This document shows, in pieces, positions 1-16,169 of a DNA stretch of 64,000 nucleotides. The DNA is from Octopus sinensis (lineage: Eukaryota), in contig NC_043001.1 in the NCBI RefSeq assembly GCF_006345805.1, positions 61,504,001-61,568,000 of the forward strand. The letters are read 5' to 3'. Both the position numbers and the translations under genes were made by a program. The notes under the pieces are model-generated. The model ran no database searches, was not told where the DNA came from, and worked only from the letters and a program-made list of their open reading frames with translations. The number at the start of each line of letters is the position of its first letter. Within the stretch, counting starts at the first letter, position 1.

Positions 1-1319
1 ATACTCGTTTAATATCGTATGACCCAAATAAGTTGATTTTAGTCTCGTCAGAAAGAAAAAGAATTTTATTTCCAAACTCCTTCACCTAACCAACATAGGT
101 TTCGGCAAAATAAAAATGACTTGATTTATGCCTGGTAGTGAGGATAGGCTTCCTACAAGAAATGCGTCCATGAAGACCACACTGGTTCAAACTTCGGCTA
201 ACGAACTGTCTGGACGGATACACACTTTCCATTAACAGAAGACACTTGAGGCAAAGACGAAGCGGTACGACGCCTGTCGTCTATCACGCAACATTGGCTG
301 TGGCGAATATCATGCGCAGTTAAAACAGAAGGACGATATGGACGATATTATTTATTGCTTAGTCTTCCAGTAGCTTTGTACTTCTGAATTACTGTGGCAA
401 CTGTGTTTACGCTAATATGTATTCGTTTGCTAATTAACTTGTATCCTAAACCCTTCTTGTGCAAATTAAAACTAATTTTCTTCAAATCTTCAGACAATTC
501 TTTTCCTTTTGATGCCATTTATCCCAATGAAGATTTTCACTACGGTAAAAAATCAGAATTCCTGCAGATGCAATAACGATGGCTGGTGCTAAAATGCCAT
601 AAGAAATAATTTATTAGAATTGAATTTGGTAAAACAAAAGTGTGGGATAAAATACTGAATATAGGGTGTACATAGTTTTGTAACGTTTGTAAATTAATAT
701 TTCATTCATATCTTTGAAAACGTGTATTGTTTTGTGTTCCAGATTTGTGTAATGTTTGCATGCATAATATATATTATTCAGTATAAATTTCGTTATATCT
801 CCTTCAATATTATGAAAGAAATAGCAATTTTACAGACATTTTTTCGGGGTGTACATACTTCTGTGATATACTGTATATATTTCTTTGTATGTATGTGCGT
901 ATGTGCGCATTTATGTGGATATATACACATTCATATCTCTCTATGTGTCTGTATATGAGCATGCCTTTCTATATGGGTCTGCGTATTTGTAACTATATAC
1001 CATTGGGTGTATGTATGTCTGTGTGTGTATCTGTGTGTGTGTATACGTTTCTGTATATTTGTATACGCTCATATACTTGGATATATGGGTAGGTTTTTGA
1101 GCGTAGGTATAGGTGTGAATGGACAGAGATGTATGTGTATCGCCCGTACCTTCCGGATATTTTCCGTTTAGTTTAACCTTACCTGTAAAATTTTTATGTA
1201 GTTTGGAACTACCCTGTCCAATCTCTAATTAAATTATCACTAATCTGTGTGCCATTATATATCCAGGTATATATGTGCGTGTTGATGTGTACATATGTGT
1301 GTGTATATATATATATATA

Positions 1320-1677
1320 CTGTTGTGTCTGGGAAGAGTCATTCTCTTTTAGTGCCTTATTATTTAACACACTCACCGGTAAAATTTCCACTTATTTTTA
1401 TTTTCTAAAATTTTCGTTGCGTCTTGCAACCATTTCAATAGTCTTGACTCTCAAGAGAAAATATCTTCAAAATGTGACCGCGTGTGCACCGTTGGCGATT
1501 TGTTTTCCTCCGTCTTCCCTTCTTTGGATCTTTCCTTTTCCTATGTTTCTGACGAAGCGCTCCGCTCGAAACGTTAAACCCTCCTTCTCTCCTTCTTTCC
1601 TGAACGTCCAATAATACTATACTTGTTCCACGTCCTCGCGTTGTTGTGTATACTCTTTGTGTTTTTCATGTTTGGAT

Positions 1678-1682
<5 letters not shown>
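1320..1682 (+). mobile_element. (TA)n-bounded repeat, probably a Penelope-like pseudo-LTR/3' end fragment
   Basis: 1320-1450 recurs at 24821-24959 (ctgttgtgtctggg.agagtcattctc...caccggtaaaatttccactta...tgactc). The 3' half carries a minimal hammerhead motif of the kind known from Penelope-like LTRs and ends at a (TA)n run. Confidence 0.55.
1545..1579 (+). ncRNA. Minimal type I hammerhead ribozyme motif (Penelope-associated type)
   Basis: GUUU-CUGACGA-A-GCGC UCC GCUC-GAAA-C-GUU-AAAC. Core CUGANGA and GAAA are intact, stem I is GUUU/AAAC, stem II has 4 positions with one C/U mismatch, and stem III is reduced to the self-complementary AACGUU. Confidence 0.7.
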
Positions 1683-1749
<67 letters not shown>

Positions 1750-1760
1750 ATACATATATA
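1682..1760. repeat. (TA)n microsatellite
   Basis: Direct reading. Confidence 0.95.
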
Positions 1761-1974
1761 TACAAAATTAAGAGTGGACACCCTAGAATGGACACCCTAT
1801 ATCCTAAATATAGACGTCAAATCGCCATTACCACGAAGAATGTGTTCTCAAGAAAAAATCTCAGCAAGAACGCCAAAATGTAAAAGTGATCAAGACAAAT
1901 AAAAACATACGAAATAAAAACGATTACCTATGTACCAATTGGTTTCACTTGTTAATATCTACGTATAGAACACA

Positions 1975-2612
1975 CGCAGATATCTCCAACTGTCTGAAAC
2001 TACCCACTGTACCAGTATGGGCAATGACGAACCACATCAGGTCATGCTTCACGTATAGGGCAGATCCGGCTATCGGCTGAGTTCATTGTGAAGATCATCC
2101 CGCCACCTTCCTTTGGCCGGGAAGGACAGGCAGTAATTCCTTGTCTGATAACCTGAGAGAAAGAGTGGTGGAGCAGACTGAAAGAACTAAAGACAGATTT
2201 TTTATTCTTTGGCCAAACCTTCAGCAACTTTTTTACGTTTCACTTCAAAAGAAAAACGAGGACAGAGTGGGAAGTTTTGCTTCCCAACAATTTTGTTGAA
2301 AGGTAGAAGAATAAAGCAAGAATGGTCCCAGTGAACCGGTCTACTCTAAGCATGCACCATTAGACAATAAGGAGAGTGCACTTGCCCCAGTGGTCAGGGC
2401 CTCCATGGTTTTGTGATGCTCCCACAAGCAGCCCAAGGAAGTCTTCCTCTTTTGATGAATTCTTCACGGTTAAAATTTATTTTATCGTTTTCACAGTTTA
2501 AACGCACTATTGTATGTAAACCCACATATTTTCTTATACCGTACCCAATATTTTTTCCGTTTTGTGAACCCTTAGTGGTTAATAAAGAAAACATTATTAT
2601 TATTACTTTGTT
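1975..2612 (+). mobile_element. L1/Tx1-like LINE 3' fragment (ORF2 C-terminus + 3' UTR, (ATT)n tail)
   Basis: Matches the minus-strand copy near 29028-29400 (e.g. IVKIIPPPSFGREG and FHFKRK motifs). Ends ttgtgaacccttagtggttaataaagaaaacattattattatt. Confidence 0.8.
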
Positions 2613-3329
2613 GTTGCTGCTGTTCCTGTTGTTGATGTTGTCATCATCCTCACCGTGCTCCTCCATGAAATTATCTTGATAATTAAATATTTGAATTCAG
2701 AGATTTCAAATACTACAAAACTACTATCAAGGAGAGTTGCAATTTATAATGCAAATTTTAAAGATAATAGACCGAGATGGCCTAATGGTTTCATTCTAAG
2801 TGTGGCACAATTTCCAATGCGAATACATCAAGGCTCTTAATACGAAGATTAGACGCATTCTTAGTGATTTTTTCTGCTTCATTTTTTTTTTTTTTTGCAT
2901 TTTCACTACTTCAAAAGCCGACACAGTGCAGGTGCTGAATGAAGCAATAGTGAATTTTTAAGTCGACAGAATAAGTTCAATTTCCATTCCGCGTAGTTGA
3001 TATATATATACAGAAGAACAGTATTTTTCTAGAAATAAGCACGCGTTCTCTCATTTAGTCATCTTTCGTCCAATGTCTGTGTGAGAAACTATTCTTGTCA
3101 AAAGAGTTAATCAGGCAGGGAAGGTAAAATGTCTTCTAAATGTATTCCAATGTGTTATAGAGGGCAAAATATCTTTATAAATGTAATACACTATGGTATA
3201 CTGTTATACTTGACGTTGTGGTTTCAAGTAATTCTTTATTAACCACTAGTCTTCCCAATATAATTATCATCTAGTGATAAATGTATAATTTTTACTTTCC
3301 ATTTTCACAAAATTTATTTCTATATTTTA

Positions 3330-3830
3330 GTTCAGTTGATGTTATCCAGCACGATGTATGTCTTGCTTTTGCTGTATTAATTCCATAATCTGATCACAGA
3401 ACTGAGGCATCTTAGTAAATATATAAATATTTGCCTCTAATACCTACGGGGTACTTATCTCAATGATCCTAGAAAAATTAAAGGCATGGTTATTCCTGAT
3501 GTGTTTTAATATCAGAAAAAAAAAGCCTTTGCCTACTTTTTTTCTGTTTGTACCATTGAAATACTGCTAATAATATAATCAGCTGTTAAAAGTTCATAAA
3601 CTTTTTGGGTGCCTATACCATAAAACGTTTATTCAACTACATTATTCATGCATTTATTTAAAATCATTATTGTCATTTCTTTTGCTCATTTCTATGTTGG
3701 TATAATATTACTGTCAATACATCTATTTATGCATTTGTGATTACTGTTATATAATCATTACTTTCAGTATTTGCGATCTTGTTGACTACAGTACGTCCCT
3801 TGTTAAATTGTAAGTCAGAGTGTGGTCTGA
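3330..3830 (-). mobile_element. Very decayed Penelope-like RT remnant
   Basis: Minus-strand translation gives a frameshifted DV..LYTNI-like motif near 3690-3730 and weak downstream RT-like residues only. Confidence 0.3.
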
Positions 3831-5125
3831 AAGTTGAGAACAAACAGCAATTTAAAAAGAAACGGAACGAAAATATCTATCATTTCTAGATTTAATGTCA
3901 TTTTTATTTCATGTTTTATTTATAAGGTAGAAAATATTGTTATATAATAATTTTGCTTATAGTTTGACTGTTTTCAATCAAATCTACATTTACTCAGAAT
4001 AGAGCGAGATATTTTTGTTGAATTATTTCTCTCTTTAAGTCTGACCTAGGCTTTAATTTCACTGAATATTTATTAGAAATCGATGCCAAGCGATAACCTT
4101 TAAGGGGAAAAACAATAATGTTCTGATTAGTCTCTCTTCAAAGGTCACTGTTGCAGAAAAATCTTCCCATAAAGATGGTGCCGTATTTCAAAACCGTTTA
4201 CCACTTCATTCCCTTCGCTATGGAAACCATCAATTATGAGAACATATGCCTCAATAATGAATTCATGTCTTCCAGACTCACTTTTTCTCCGTCTGCCATA
4301 TTGCCCTCTATCACTATTTCAATATAGCCCTCTTTCTTCCTTGTTTCATTTTACTGCGCTCTTCTCTCCGGCTACTAAATTTACCGGCATAAATTAATCT
4401 GACTTTTAATGTTATATTAATTTATAGCCATTCATTCCGACAATGTTGAATAGAAATATACTATACAATACTTTCTGTCTCTTTCTAACTCGTTCTCTAT
4501 TCTCTTTTATTTATTTCACGTTTGAATATAAGATTTGTTTTTAGCTAACCTTTTAATACAAAAAGAGATCTGTAATAAAATTAAATTATGAAATAACAAT
4601 ACTCCACCATGTCTTTCACAATGTATCCTATTTTCTATTATATGAAAGGATTGATTATAAAAATCGAAACGAAATCAAATAAAGCATCATTTATTGCTTT
4701 GCGATATTGCTATAAATTCAAATTAAATTGATACATATCCTCGAATTTTAGCATGAACCCAGAACACTGCATATTATTTGCAAATTTAATAAAGAATTAA
4801 TTGAAATTAAAACGACCAATGGGAAACATAATTGATTTTTTTTATTTATATTCAAGCATAATATACAGTTCGGAAATAACAAAATGAGAATTGAAAAGAG
4901 CCTCAGCATATCAATGCTGAATATCAGATTTACATCTATAACCAAAATAAACGTTGCGTATCCATGGTATGTTTGCAAATCCGCGATGATATTGCGTTTA
5001 TTTTTAATGTTGATACAACATTCAATTTTCAATAAGCTACTTAGGGTCTTCGGCAAAAATGAACTTTATATTTATGGGAATTTTATTGAACAAAAGGTTT
5101 GCGCAATTTAGTGTATGTACTCATA

Positions 5126-5132
5126 CACACAG

Positions 5133-5192
<60 letters not shown>
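5126..5192. repeat. (TA)n microsatellite
   Basis: Direct reading. Confidence 0.95.
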
Positions 5193-5195
<3 letters not shown>

Positions 5196-5371
5196 CTTCA
5201 ACAATGGACGCTTTCATATTTAATTCGATATCTGAAGAAATGGATATGTGGATACACTATCAAACGGCACATATGAATGCCGTTACATACACACGCATAA
5301 AAACATAATTATATTATTCTATTGCCTTACCAGTTCCAGCAGCCGGGGTGCAGCTATGCTGGAACACCACC

Positions 5372-5405
5372 TATACACACACACGCACTCACACACACAC
5401 ACACA

Positions 5406-5444
<39 letters not shown>

Positions 5445-5468
5445 ATATATATATATATATATATATAT
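5372..5468. repeat. (CA)n/(TA)n compound microsatellite
   Basis: Direct reading. Confidence 0.95.
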
Positions 5469-5469
5469 T

Positions 5470-5878
5470 TGCCCCCTTCGCCGTCCACAGAAATAGCGTT
5501 CGTAATACTTTTTTTCGTTCGGCTTAACAGCCCTTCTTGTCTTGTTATTTTCCTTGTCCTGTCTTTTACTGCTTATATTTTGTACTGTCGTTACTGTCCT
5601 GTTTTTGTTACCATTTTTACCCCTCTGCAAAAAGATCTCAAATTTTATTTGATTTGCTTTTCGCAGGAAGGAAAGTTTCTATCTAAGATATGTCTCGCCT
5701 TCACCTTCGAAGCGTAGAGTAGATGAAACCATGGCGACTGAAGAAGGGTTTTTTTCCTTGTGTTATTTGTCCTGTACTCTATTTTTTTGTTGTTTAAGAA
5801 AAATGTCCAGTTCCTTGGGTTTGTGTCTATGTTTTCGTTTCTCATTGTGTTCGACGTTTTTTTTGGTGTCCTGTACTC
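5470..5878 (+). mobile_element. Dispersed repeat ending gtcctgtac(t/c)c-(TA)n (family also at 24474-24795 and 34259-34445)
   Basis: Shares ctga.gaaggg...ttatttgtcctgt, the aaattttatttg segment and the terminal gtcctgtac.catatat motif with the reverse complements of the other two copies. Confidence 0.6.
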
Positions 5879-5979
5879 ATATATGCGTGTATATATACAT
5901 GTAGAGGTAGGTACGTACATATATGTATATATATATGCATATGTTTTATTTATTAATATTATATATATATATATATATA

Positions 5980-6391
5980 GGCGCAGGAGTGGCTGTGTGG
6001 TAAGTAGCTTGCTTACCAACCACATGGTTCCGGGTTCAGTCCCACTGCGTGGCACCTTGGGCAAGTGTATTCTATAGCCCCGGGCTGACCAATGACTTGT
6101 GAGTAGATTTGGTAGACGGAAACTGAAAGAAGCCTGTCGTATATATGTATATATGTATGTGTGTGTGTGTGTGTGTTTGTGTGTCTGTGTTTGTCCCCCT
6201 AGCATTGCTTGACAACCGATGCTGGTGTGTTTACGTCCCCGTCATTAGCGGTTCGGCAAAAGAGACCGATAGAATAAGTACTGGGCTTACAATAAAATAA
6301 GTCCCGGAGTCGAGTTACTCGATTAAAGGTGGTGCTCCAGCATGACCGCAGTCAAATGACTGAAACAAGTAAAAGAGTAAAAGAGTAAGAG
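5980..6391 (+). mobile_element. tRNA-derived SINE (family A), near full length
   Basis: A-box-like tggctgtgtggt (5990-6001) and B-box-like ggttcagtccc (6033-6043), followed by ccttgggcaag, an internal (TA)/(TG) tract and an (AAAGAGT)-type tail. Partial copies occur elsewhere in the window. Confidence 0.85.
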
Positions 6392-6989
6392 TATATAAAC
6401 GGGTGCGTGTGTGAAAATGTTTTGAATGACACTATCAAACGCTTACTAAATATGGAGTAAATTTCACCAGTGAATATCTATCTTTATCTTTTTGTAAATC
6501 TATATATAGTAATCTACGTTCACTAACACTAGCATCAATACCACTAATATAAGCACCCAAAATATAAGCGTCGTAAACACTATAAACAAACACAAGCATC
6601 ACCATTATAAACTCAACTCTCTACCTTTTTAATGACGAACAACACAGTAGCAACAATAGTGCGAACAAAATAAGGTTCACCGTGTAAAATTAAAGACAAT
6701 GGTATGAAGTAACTTCATATACTTCTGTAATGTAAAACTTGACTGAGATGAGTTTGATCTTAGATCAATGAGTATTGGCTTGAGACTAAATAGCAATAAC
6801 AATACAGCATACAAAAATAATATGACCACCAGCAACACCAATTATACTTGTAGTGTCATCATCCCCAATATCAACAACACCAAAATCAAGACCACTAACT
6901 CCCCCAGCAATACCAACCTAACAACTTTTGAATAACCACCGGTAATGACAATATCAGCATGGTAGCACTAATGTGTGTATGAATAAAGT

Positions 6990-8950
6990 GTCAGGTGTTT
7001 ATGGAATATAGCAGACCAGTTTATCTATGACCAATTTATATATCATGTATGCCAAATTCCATACCTATATCTTTGCTGAAGAGTCTTACAGTCTGTATTA
7101 AAGAACCAGTTTCTTTTTCATTCTTACTAAAATGCTTCAGGTCATCCATGTAGAGCAAATGATTAATTTTTTCCATTACCTTTTCTGAACTGATACCCTA
7201 CCTTTGCCTTCCTTAATACTAAACTGAAGAGGATCAAACATAAGGCAAATATTAAAGGTTCGACGAGACCCTTCGAGAATTTCTCTTTTATATTTTCGTT
7301 TCTTCATGCTACAACTAATTAATTCTCTTATGTTGTCTGCTATACTAAATATATACTCTAACATTCACTTATCCATGAGTATGGGCTCATGTCATAGGCT
7401 TTCCTATAATCTATCAATGCTATTATTAGATTTTACTTCATTTAGAACTGCTTTGCCTATGAATAATAGATCATGCGTTCCCCTAGCCAACAGCTTCTAC
7501 ATTAATGTTAAGCAAGTGATTGGTCTGTAGCTGTGATTGTATTACCCTTGCTCTTATCTTTCATAATGAGTATTGTCCTCCCTCTAGTCATCCAATATGG
7601 TGTTATTCCTCCATGTAGGCAATCCTATAGTTTTTCCCAGAGCCTCCTATGTAAACAACTGTATGTCTTTAGCCAGAACACTTGAACTAAATCTGGTTCT
7701 GAGCCTTTCCAAATCGGCATTTTTCCTAACATGTTACTCATTAATGCTCTACTTAATATCAAATCTGGCTGCTTCTCACTCACTACTTCTGCCTTCACTT
7801 TATTAACCACACCACATCTCCATTATGATTGACTGGCTTATCTCAAATATTACTCCAGAACTTTCTAACTTCCTCTACGTTAAGTTTCTCATCTTCAGTA
7901 CTTCGTTCTCCACTGTTTATTTGGTTATAAAATCTATTCTGCTCTGTCTGAAATAGTCTATTCTGATGATACTAATCTATTCTTTTCTGATATCTAGAAA
8001 GCTTACCTGCTACTGCTATGTTACGCTGCTTCAACTCTTCTATGACTGTCCCAAATCCTTTCTAAGTATCTTCTCCCGAGGGAAGACTTGCATCTTGTTT
8101 TTCCTAACTTGTTCAGTTTCCCGGCATCTATTCTATTCAGATCTTGTCTGAAAAGTCTTCACTTTATTTTGTAGTCTCCTTTTCCACATTTGCTATTTTT
8201 TTAAATATTTCTTGTGACTACCACCCCTCCTGCATAGATCAATAAATTGATATAGCCTGTGTTTTTAATGTGCCCTAATGATAACAGAATTACTTTCCTA
8301 GTCACTTCTAGCAGGTTCCTTCTGTTGGTGCCTCTCAATGCTGGCAATCTTTTTCTTACTTCTCCAGTCATTAATTCCTGCAACCCATCTAAAATCTTCT
8401 GATCTTCCTCACTTAAATCACTTAAGTCATTGGTGTCAGTTGTCCCTTCCTTATTGGTAGAACTATTATTATTTTTAAGTTCTTCTTTGGTTTGAGCTGT
8501 ATCTCTTATGTTGTTGTTTGTCTTTCCCAATGCCTGGTCTTTCTTCTCTAGTTTTCTTGCAATCTTTTCTACCTCCACTTCTATCATCTACTTTTTCTCC
8601 TAATAGTATTAGCTTGATCTAATAATCTCAGCTTAGTCCCTTTAAACAAACCCTTCTCTACCCAAAGTGTTAACATTCGTTTTCTAACCTTCTTTTAGGT
8701 TCATTTTCTTAGTAGCACTGCAACACTATCCTGTTTTCTTCGCTGGTCCACTTCCTCCTCCTTGCTTTAATATCTACTGGTGCTGTATTAGGATAAGAAC
8801 TATGATTAGTTTTCATCTTTACTGAACGACTGTCGAGTGAAAGGCCTCCCTTTAAAGGTCCTGCTTCATTTTTCGCTGTTATAACCAAACTTTCTTCTAA
8901 AACTCCTGTCTCTCATAAACTGAGGAAACGTAACGTTCGTCACCATCGTC
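6990..8950 (-). mobile_element. Old R4/Dong-type REL LINE (family C), 3'-truncated
   Basis: Minus strand encodes RRRKWTSEENRIVLQCY (Myb-like N-terminus), RLPALR...INLLIYAGGVVV (8201-8587), KMPIWKGSEPDLVQVFWLK and NHLLYMDDLKHF (YMDD at 7141-7152). Many stops and frameshifts. Confidence 0.85.
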
Positions 8951-9284
8951 ATCACCACTATTATTTTCGACATCTGAATATTTCAAGCAAATTTCTATTG
9001 CATTATTTGTTGCCCATTTGTGCTGGTGGGGTAGTGTGTGCTGCATTATTTGGTGGGGGGAATATTGTATTGTATCAGTATCTTTTGTTATGGGTTTTGT
9101 TTGAGTCTTCTGTTGTATTAACGTTTATATTGTGTGTTGTTTGTGCAGTGCCCCTTTAGCCTCTTCTGTACGTTCTGGCTCTAAAGCCACTACTGCAGAT
9201 ATAGGGGACGTTGAGAGGCAGATATGGAGGCGTTGAGAGACAGATATTGGAGGCGTTGGATTCGAACAAGGACATGGTAGAACC

Positions 9285-9540
9285 GTGTCAGCAGAGAAGG
9301 AAGTGCTCTCTCCCAGCAATTTTATTGAAAAATGGATGAATGCAGCAAGAATGGTCCTAGTGGACGAGCCTCTTCTAAGTATGCGCCTATAGATTGAAGC
9401 AGGACGATTTGGAGAGGGCACTTGCCCTATTGGTCAGAACGACCATTGTTTTGTGGGGTCTCTGCGAGCAACCCTTGAAAACCATCCCAAATGGTTTTTG
9501 TGAACCCTTACTGGTAAAGAAAGAAACATTATTATTATTG
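9285..9540 (+). mobile_element. L1/Tx1-like LINE 3' end fragment with (ATT)n tail
   Basis: gaaggaagtgctctctcccagcaattttattgaaaaatggatgaatgcagcaagaatggtc matches 2260-2330 and the 29 kb copy. Ends gaacccttactggtaaagaaagaaacattattatt. Confidence 0.75.
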
Positions 9541-10554
9541 CTGTTGTTAGTATTAGTATCATTATCATTACTGTTGTTGTTTTTAATATTAATATTGTGG
9601 GTATTATTAATACACCAACATTTTCCTTTTGAAGGTACCTGTCGTGTGTGTCACACTTACGTCAAAGGAAAAGGTAAAAAGTTTGAAGGGAGAGATACAA
9701 AAGAAAAAGAAAAGGTGTTAAGCAAAGGAGACATAGTTGAAGTGAATGGCAAAGCGGCAGAGAGGGGAGGGACAAAAGCAGAAATATAATTGAATTGAGA
9801 GGCAAAGAGGAGGAATTAAGAGGGAGTGAGAGAGAGAGTGAGGGGGAAGATTGATAGTGCTGAGAGGTAACAGAAATATAACGCGTTAAAGACAGGACAG
9901 TTAGAGGCAAGTAGACATAGAGGTGGGAGAGGGGAGGGAGAGGGAAAAGAGAGAGATTTAGGGAGATAGATTGAGTGAAGGAAGAGAGTGGATAACAGAA
10001 TAATAATGAAAGAGAATAGAGCTATTCTCATATACAGAAAACGCTGAAAACCTTTTTGTTTTCGACGATATATGATAAAGCCGTTGGCAATATGGAAATT
10101 GCAATAAGAAATGTTGCCTATCTTTCTATCTGTCTATTTACCTATACATCTATTTGTCTGACAGTTATTCTGCCTGCCAGCCTCTCTCTATGTAACGCAC
10201 ACACACTCTCTCTCTCTCCTTTTGTCTGTCTTTCTCTCTCAATAAATTGTTGTGGATGTTACTTTTACTTTTGCACAATTGAATGTTTAACTATATTTTC
10301 ACAATAGATTGATGCATACATTGAAAGAAAAGTAGATACATAGATCAAAAGAAAATTAGATACAGAGATAGAAAGAAAAGTAGATAGATAGATACATACA
10401 CACATTGTTTACATTAAAAGTGGGAGAGGGGAGGGACACAGTGGAAATAAAAGAGAAAGTGAGAGAGACAGTAGATACATAGATCGGAAGAAAAGTTGAT
10501 AGATAGATAAATAGACACAGCGTTAATCAAAGACAAATAATTACAGCATAGCAT

Positions 10555-10767
10555 AACATAGTTCTCAAGGAGATTTCACCTCACACAGAACGTGACAAGG
10601 CTGGCCCCTTTGAATTACATCTACAACTCATTTTTGCCAGATGAGTGGACTGCAACAAGGTGAAGTACAGTACCTTCCTCAAGAACACAGCACACCGCCG
10701 GGAATCGTATTCACGATTTTACGATCGTGGGTCGAATATCCCTAACCACTGAGCCACGCATCTTCAC
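10555..10767 (-). mobile_element. tRNA-derived SINE (family B-like), partial
   Basis: Minus strand begins gtgaagatgcgtggctcagtggttagg (A box) then gtgaatacgattccc (B-box-like). The body shares gtgacaaggc.ggcccctt.gaa with 25398-25771. Confidence 0.7.
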
Positions 10768-11284
10768 TCTCTTAACCGCAGAGAAAAGAGTTAAATAGTA
10801 GAGACAGAAAAAGCAAAGCCTCAGTCATTTAAAATGAGAACTACACTGAAATACGATCGACCATTTTTTAGGTTCTTCACTTTTAACAATGAAGAAGAAG
10901 GAAAGACATTTAGTAATGAATAGAGGGAAAGTCTTTCAGGTGCTTACATTTTTATTCTGGGATATTCTAGAACGATCGACTGTTAGTTATCCCTTCTTTC
11001 CCCCACCCCCGGTACTTATTCGCCTTCTTTCGTAGTTCTACATGTCTTTTAGTTGGGGGGAAAGTCCATGTTTTTTCAGCCACGTTTATCGTTTCCTTTA
11101 CAAACTACAAACAAGTCCCACTCTCTTCCTTTCTTTTCATATAAAAACTGATGCGAATTTCGAATGGGGTATAACTGTGAAAAGAGCCCAGAAAATGGGT
11201 AAACCCCTCTACAAAATGGGTGGGGGAGAAAGGATGCCAACAGGTGACTACACGAAATTCAACTCCATACTTAAAGAGTACCTT

Positions 11285-11693
<409 letters not shown>

Positions 11694-12567
11694 GATACCA
11701 GAAGAACGTTCCCTACCACTAAATCAATGAATATGTGCGATGTATTTTAAGGCTAAATATTAATTTTAAAGCTAAATAGTGATTCTGTTTACGTTTGCGT
11801 AACTGAGATATTTTGGTTGGATTATATCGTTATCGGTGTTACACTTCTTTCTATATTCTGTAAGTGTTACAATATAGAAACATTTCTCATGGCACCAGCA
11901 CACAATTTACATATGCTTTATATTCTTTATATTTTCAATGAAGTTTTTAAAATAATATTATTATTAATTAGTGAAGCCAAACACTTATATTATATTTATT
12001 GAAGCATTTTTTTTTAAATTTAATTATTTTCAATGATACAAAAATTGAGTACGCAGTATTCGATGTAAACAATTTCGAATAATAGGATTGATAACCACAT
12101 AAACAACCCTGCGGCAATAAATGATCAACAAAGCCAGAAAGATGCATCGCAATGTCATTCTCTGTACTATATAAGCTGCATTATATTTAGAAAGATTGTT
12201 TTATATTAATGTTACTATAATTGTATGGTAAAGTTTTATATCTGTTTTATATAAATTATGACGAATTTATTTAAGAATGTCGAACATGAATTCAGAAATC
12301 TATCAAACTAGTCACAAATGTTATAGACAACCCTAATATCTTGTCAAGGTAAGTTATTGAACAGTCATAAATATTTCTTCAAGAATTTAATGTTGTTCCC
12401 TCTGCGACTTCCATAATATGAATAATTATTTTGACTTGTTTGCTACGTTCATACTCATAGACTACCAACTGCTGTTCGCCAGCAGGTAAAGAAGTCAATT
12501 GAGTTAATAGCCGCCTACAAAATTCTACACGATTGACAGTCACATTTACACAATGTTTTCACACACA

Positions 12568-12614
<47 letters not shown>

Positions 12615-12981
12615 ACACACACAAGTATATTTCGAATGTTATAATATTTTCTTCCGAAATTTGAGCATGCAAATATAGCTTCCAGCTTTGAGAAAATCAC
12701 AATTTTGCTGAACATCGTTAACATTGTGTAGGAATAGTTTGTATCGAATTTAGGGTTGTAACTCGGGTGTTCTTTTTTTAACGATTATCAACTATTTTAC
12801 GTCCTATAAGACCTCCAGTATTGTTTTCGTCGTTGAATCGGAAATATTTGTTGAGTAATAAACTACAATCAAGTTTGTAAAGTAATATTACATGATATTG
12901 TATTCGAAAGTGTTATGCAATTGTAAGTTATTACTTGCACAATCACAACCATAATACAGTGTTGCATGTGTAGATATTATG

Positions 12982-15537
<2,556 letters not shown>

Positions 15538-16079
15538 TGCCCTGATGCAGTACCAGGCAGTGGCTCTCATGGCTTCTGATCGTAACTGATTGGAAGTGTT
15601 ATCATCTACATTGTTTTGTCTTGGTATAAAAGATGGGCTACAGCAAATATTCTGCTCAATACCACAGATTTGTTTGTCAGTTGTTTGACCTTAACCAGTT
15701 GAGCATGTCCCTTAGTGGCTGACGATATGTGCATCTCTGATCACGAGCAGAAGTAGTGGGGGGGGGGGCATCATAGCCATGTGTTGAGAGGGATTCTTTG
15801 GGGTTTGAATAATTCACCTCTGGAAACATAGGTGGTTCTTTCAACATCCTTAAACAACCCTTATTCAGGGACCTACTCAACACGAAGAAAATTCTAACTG
15901 AGCCCTACCTGCAAGGTCATGTGCTGTTTTTCTTGATATGAGATCACCATGTCGCGCACATATGGTTGTGATGCATGTGCCTGGTGTACCCTTATCAGAC
16001 GGGTAGTCATGATGGGTATATTGGGCTTCGTATATTTTACCCCACTATGACTTTGATGGCATGAACTGCTCTCTCACTC
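15538..16079 (+). mobile_element. 540-bp (AAT)n-flanked non-coding repeat, copy 1
   Basis: tgccctgatgcagtaccaggcagtggctctc ... gatggcatgaactgctctctcactc; colinear with 16170-16723 and with the reverse complement of 44509-45050. Confidence 0.9.

Positions 16080-16168
<89 letters not shown>
16080..16168. repeat. (AAT)n microsatellite
   Basis: Direct reading. Confidence 0.97.
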
Positions 16169-16169
16169 G

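Noticed and set aside
150-330. CpG-richer patch with reverse CCAAT and tgcgcatg motifs as a promoter
   Set aside because: The motifs are short, there is no linked exon or gene, and the window edge prevents context.
5705-5748. Permuted hammerhead halves (cgaag-cgta ... ctgaagaaggg; similar on the minus strand at 34395-34445)
   Set aside because: The GAAA half is mutated or lacks a valid stem III and cleavage triplet, and stem I cannot be formed. It needs a family consensus before any claim.
5980-6060. tRNA genes at SINE heads (also 25700-25771, 28640-28717 and 32130-32211)
   Set aside because: Only A/B boxes are retained, with no complete cloverleaf, and each continues into a repeated SINE body.
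12470-12500. cag|gtaaag as a splice donor of a host exon
   Set aside because: There is no supportable acceptor, reading frame or homology; such motifs are frequent by chance.
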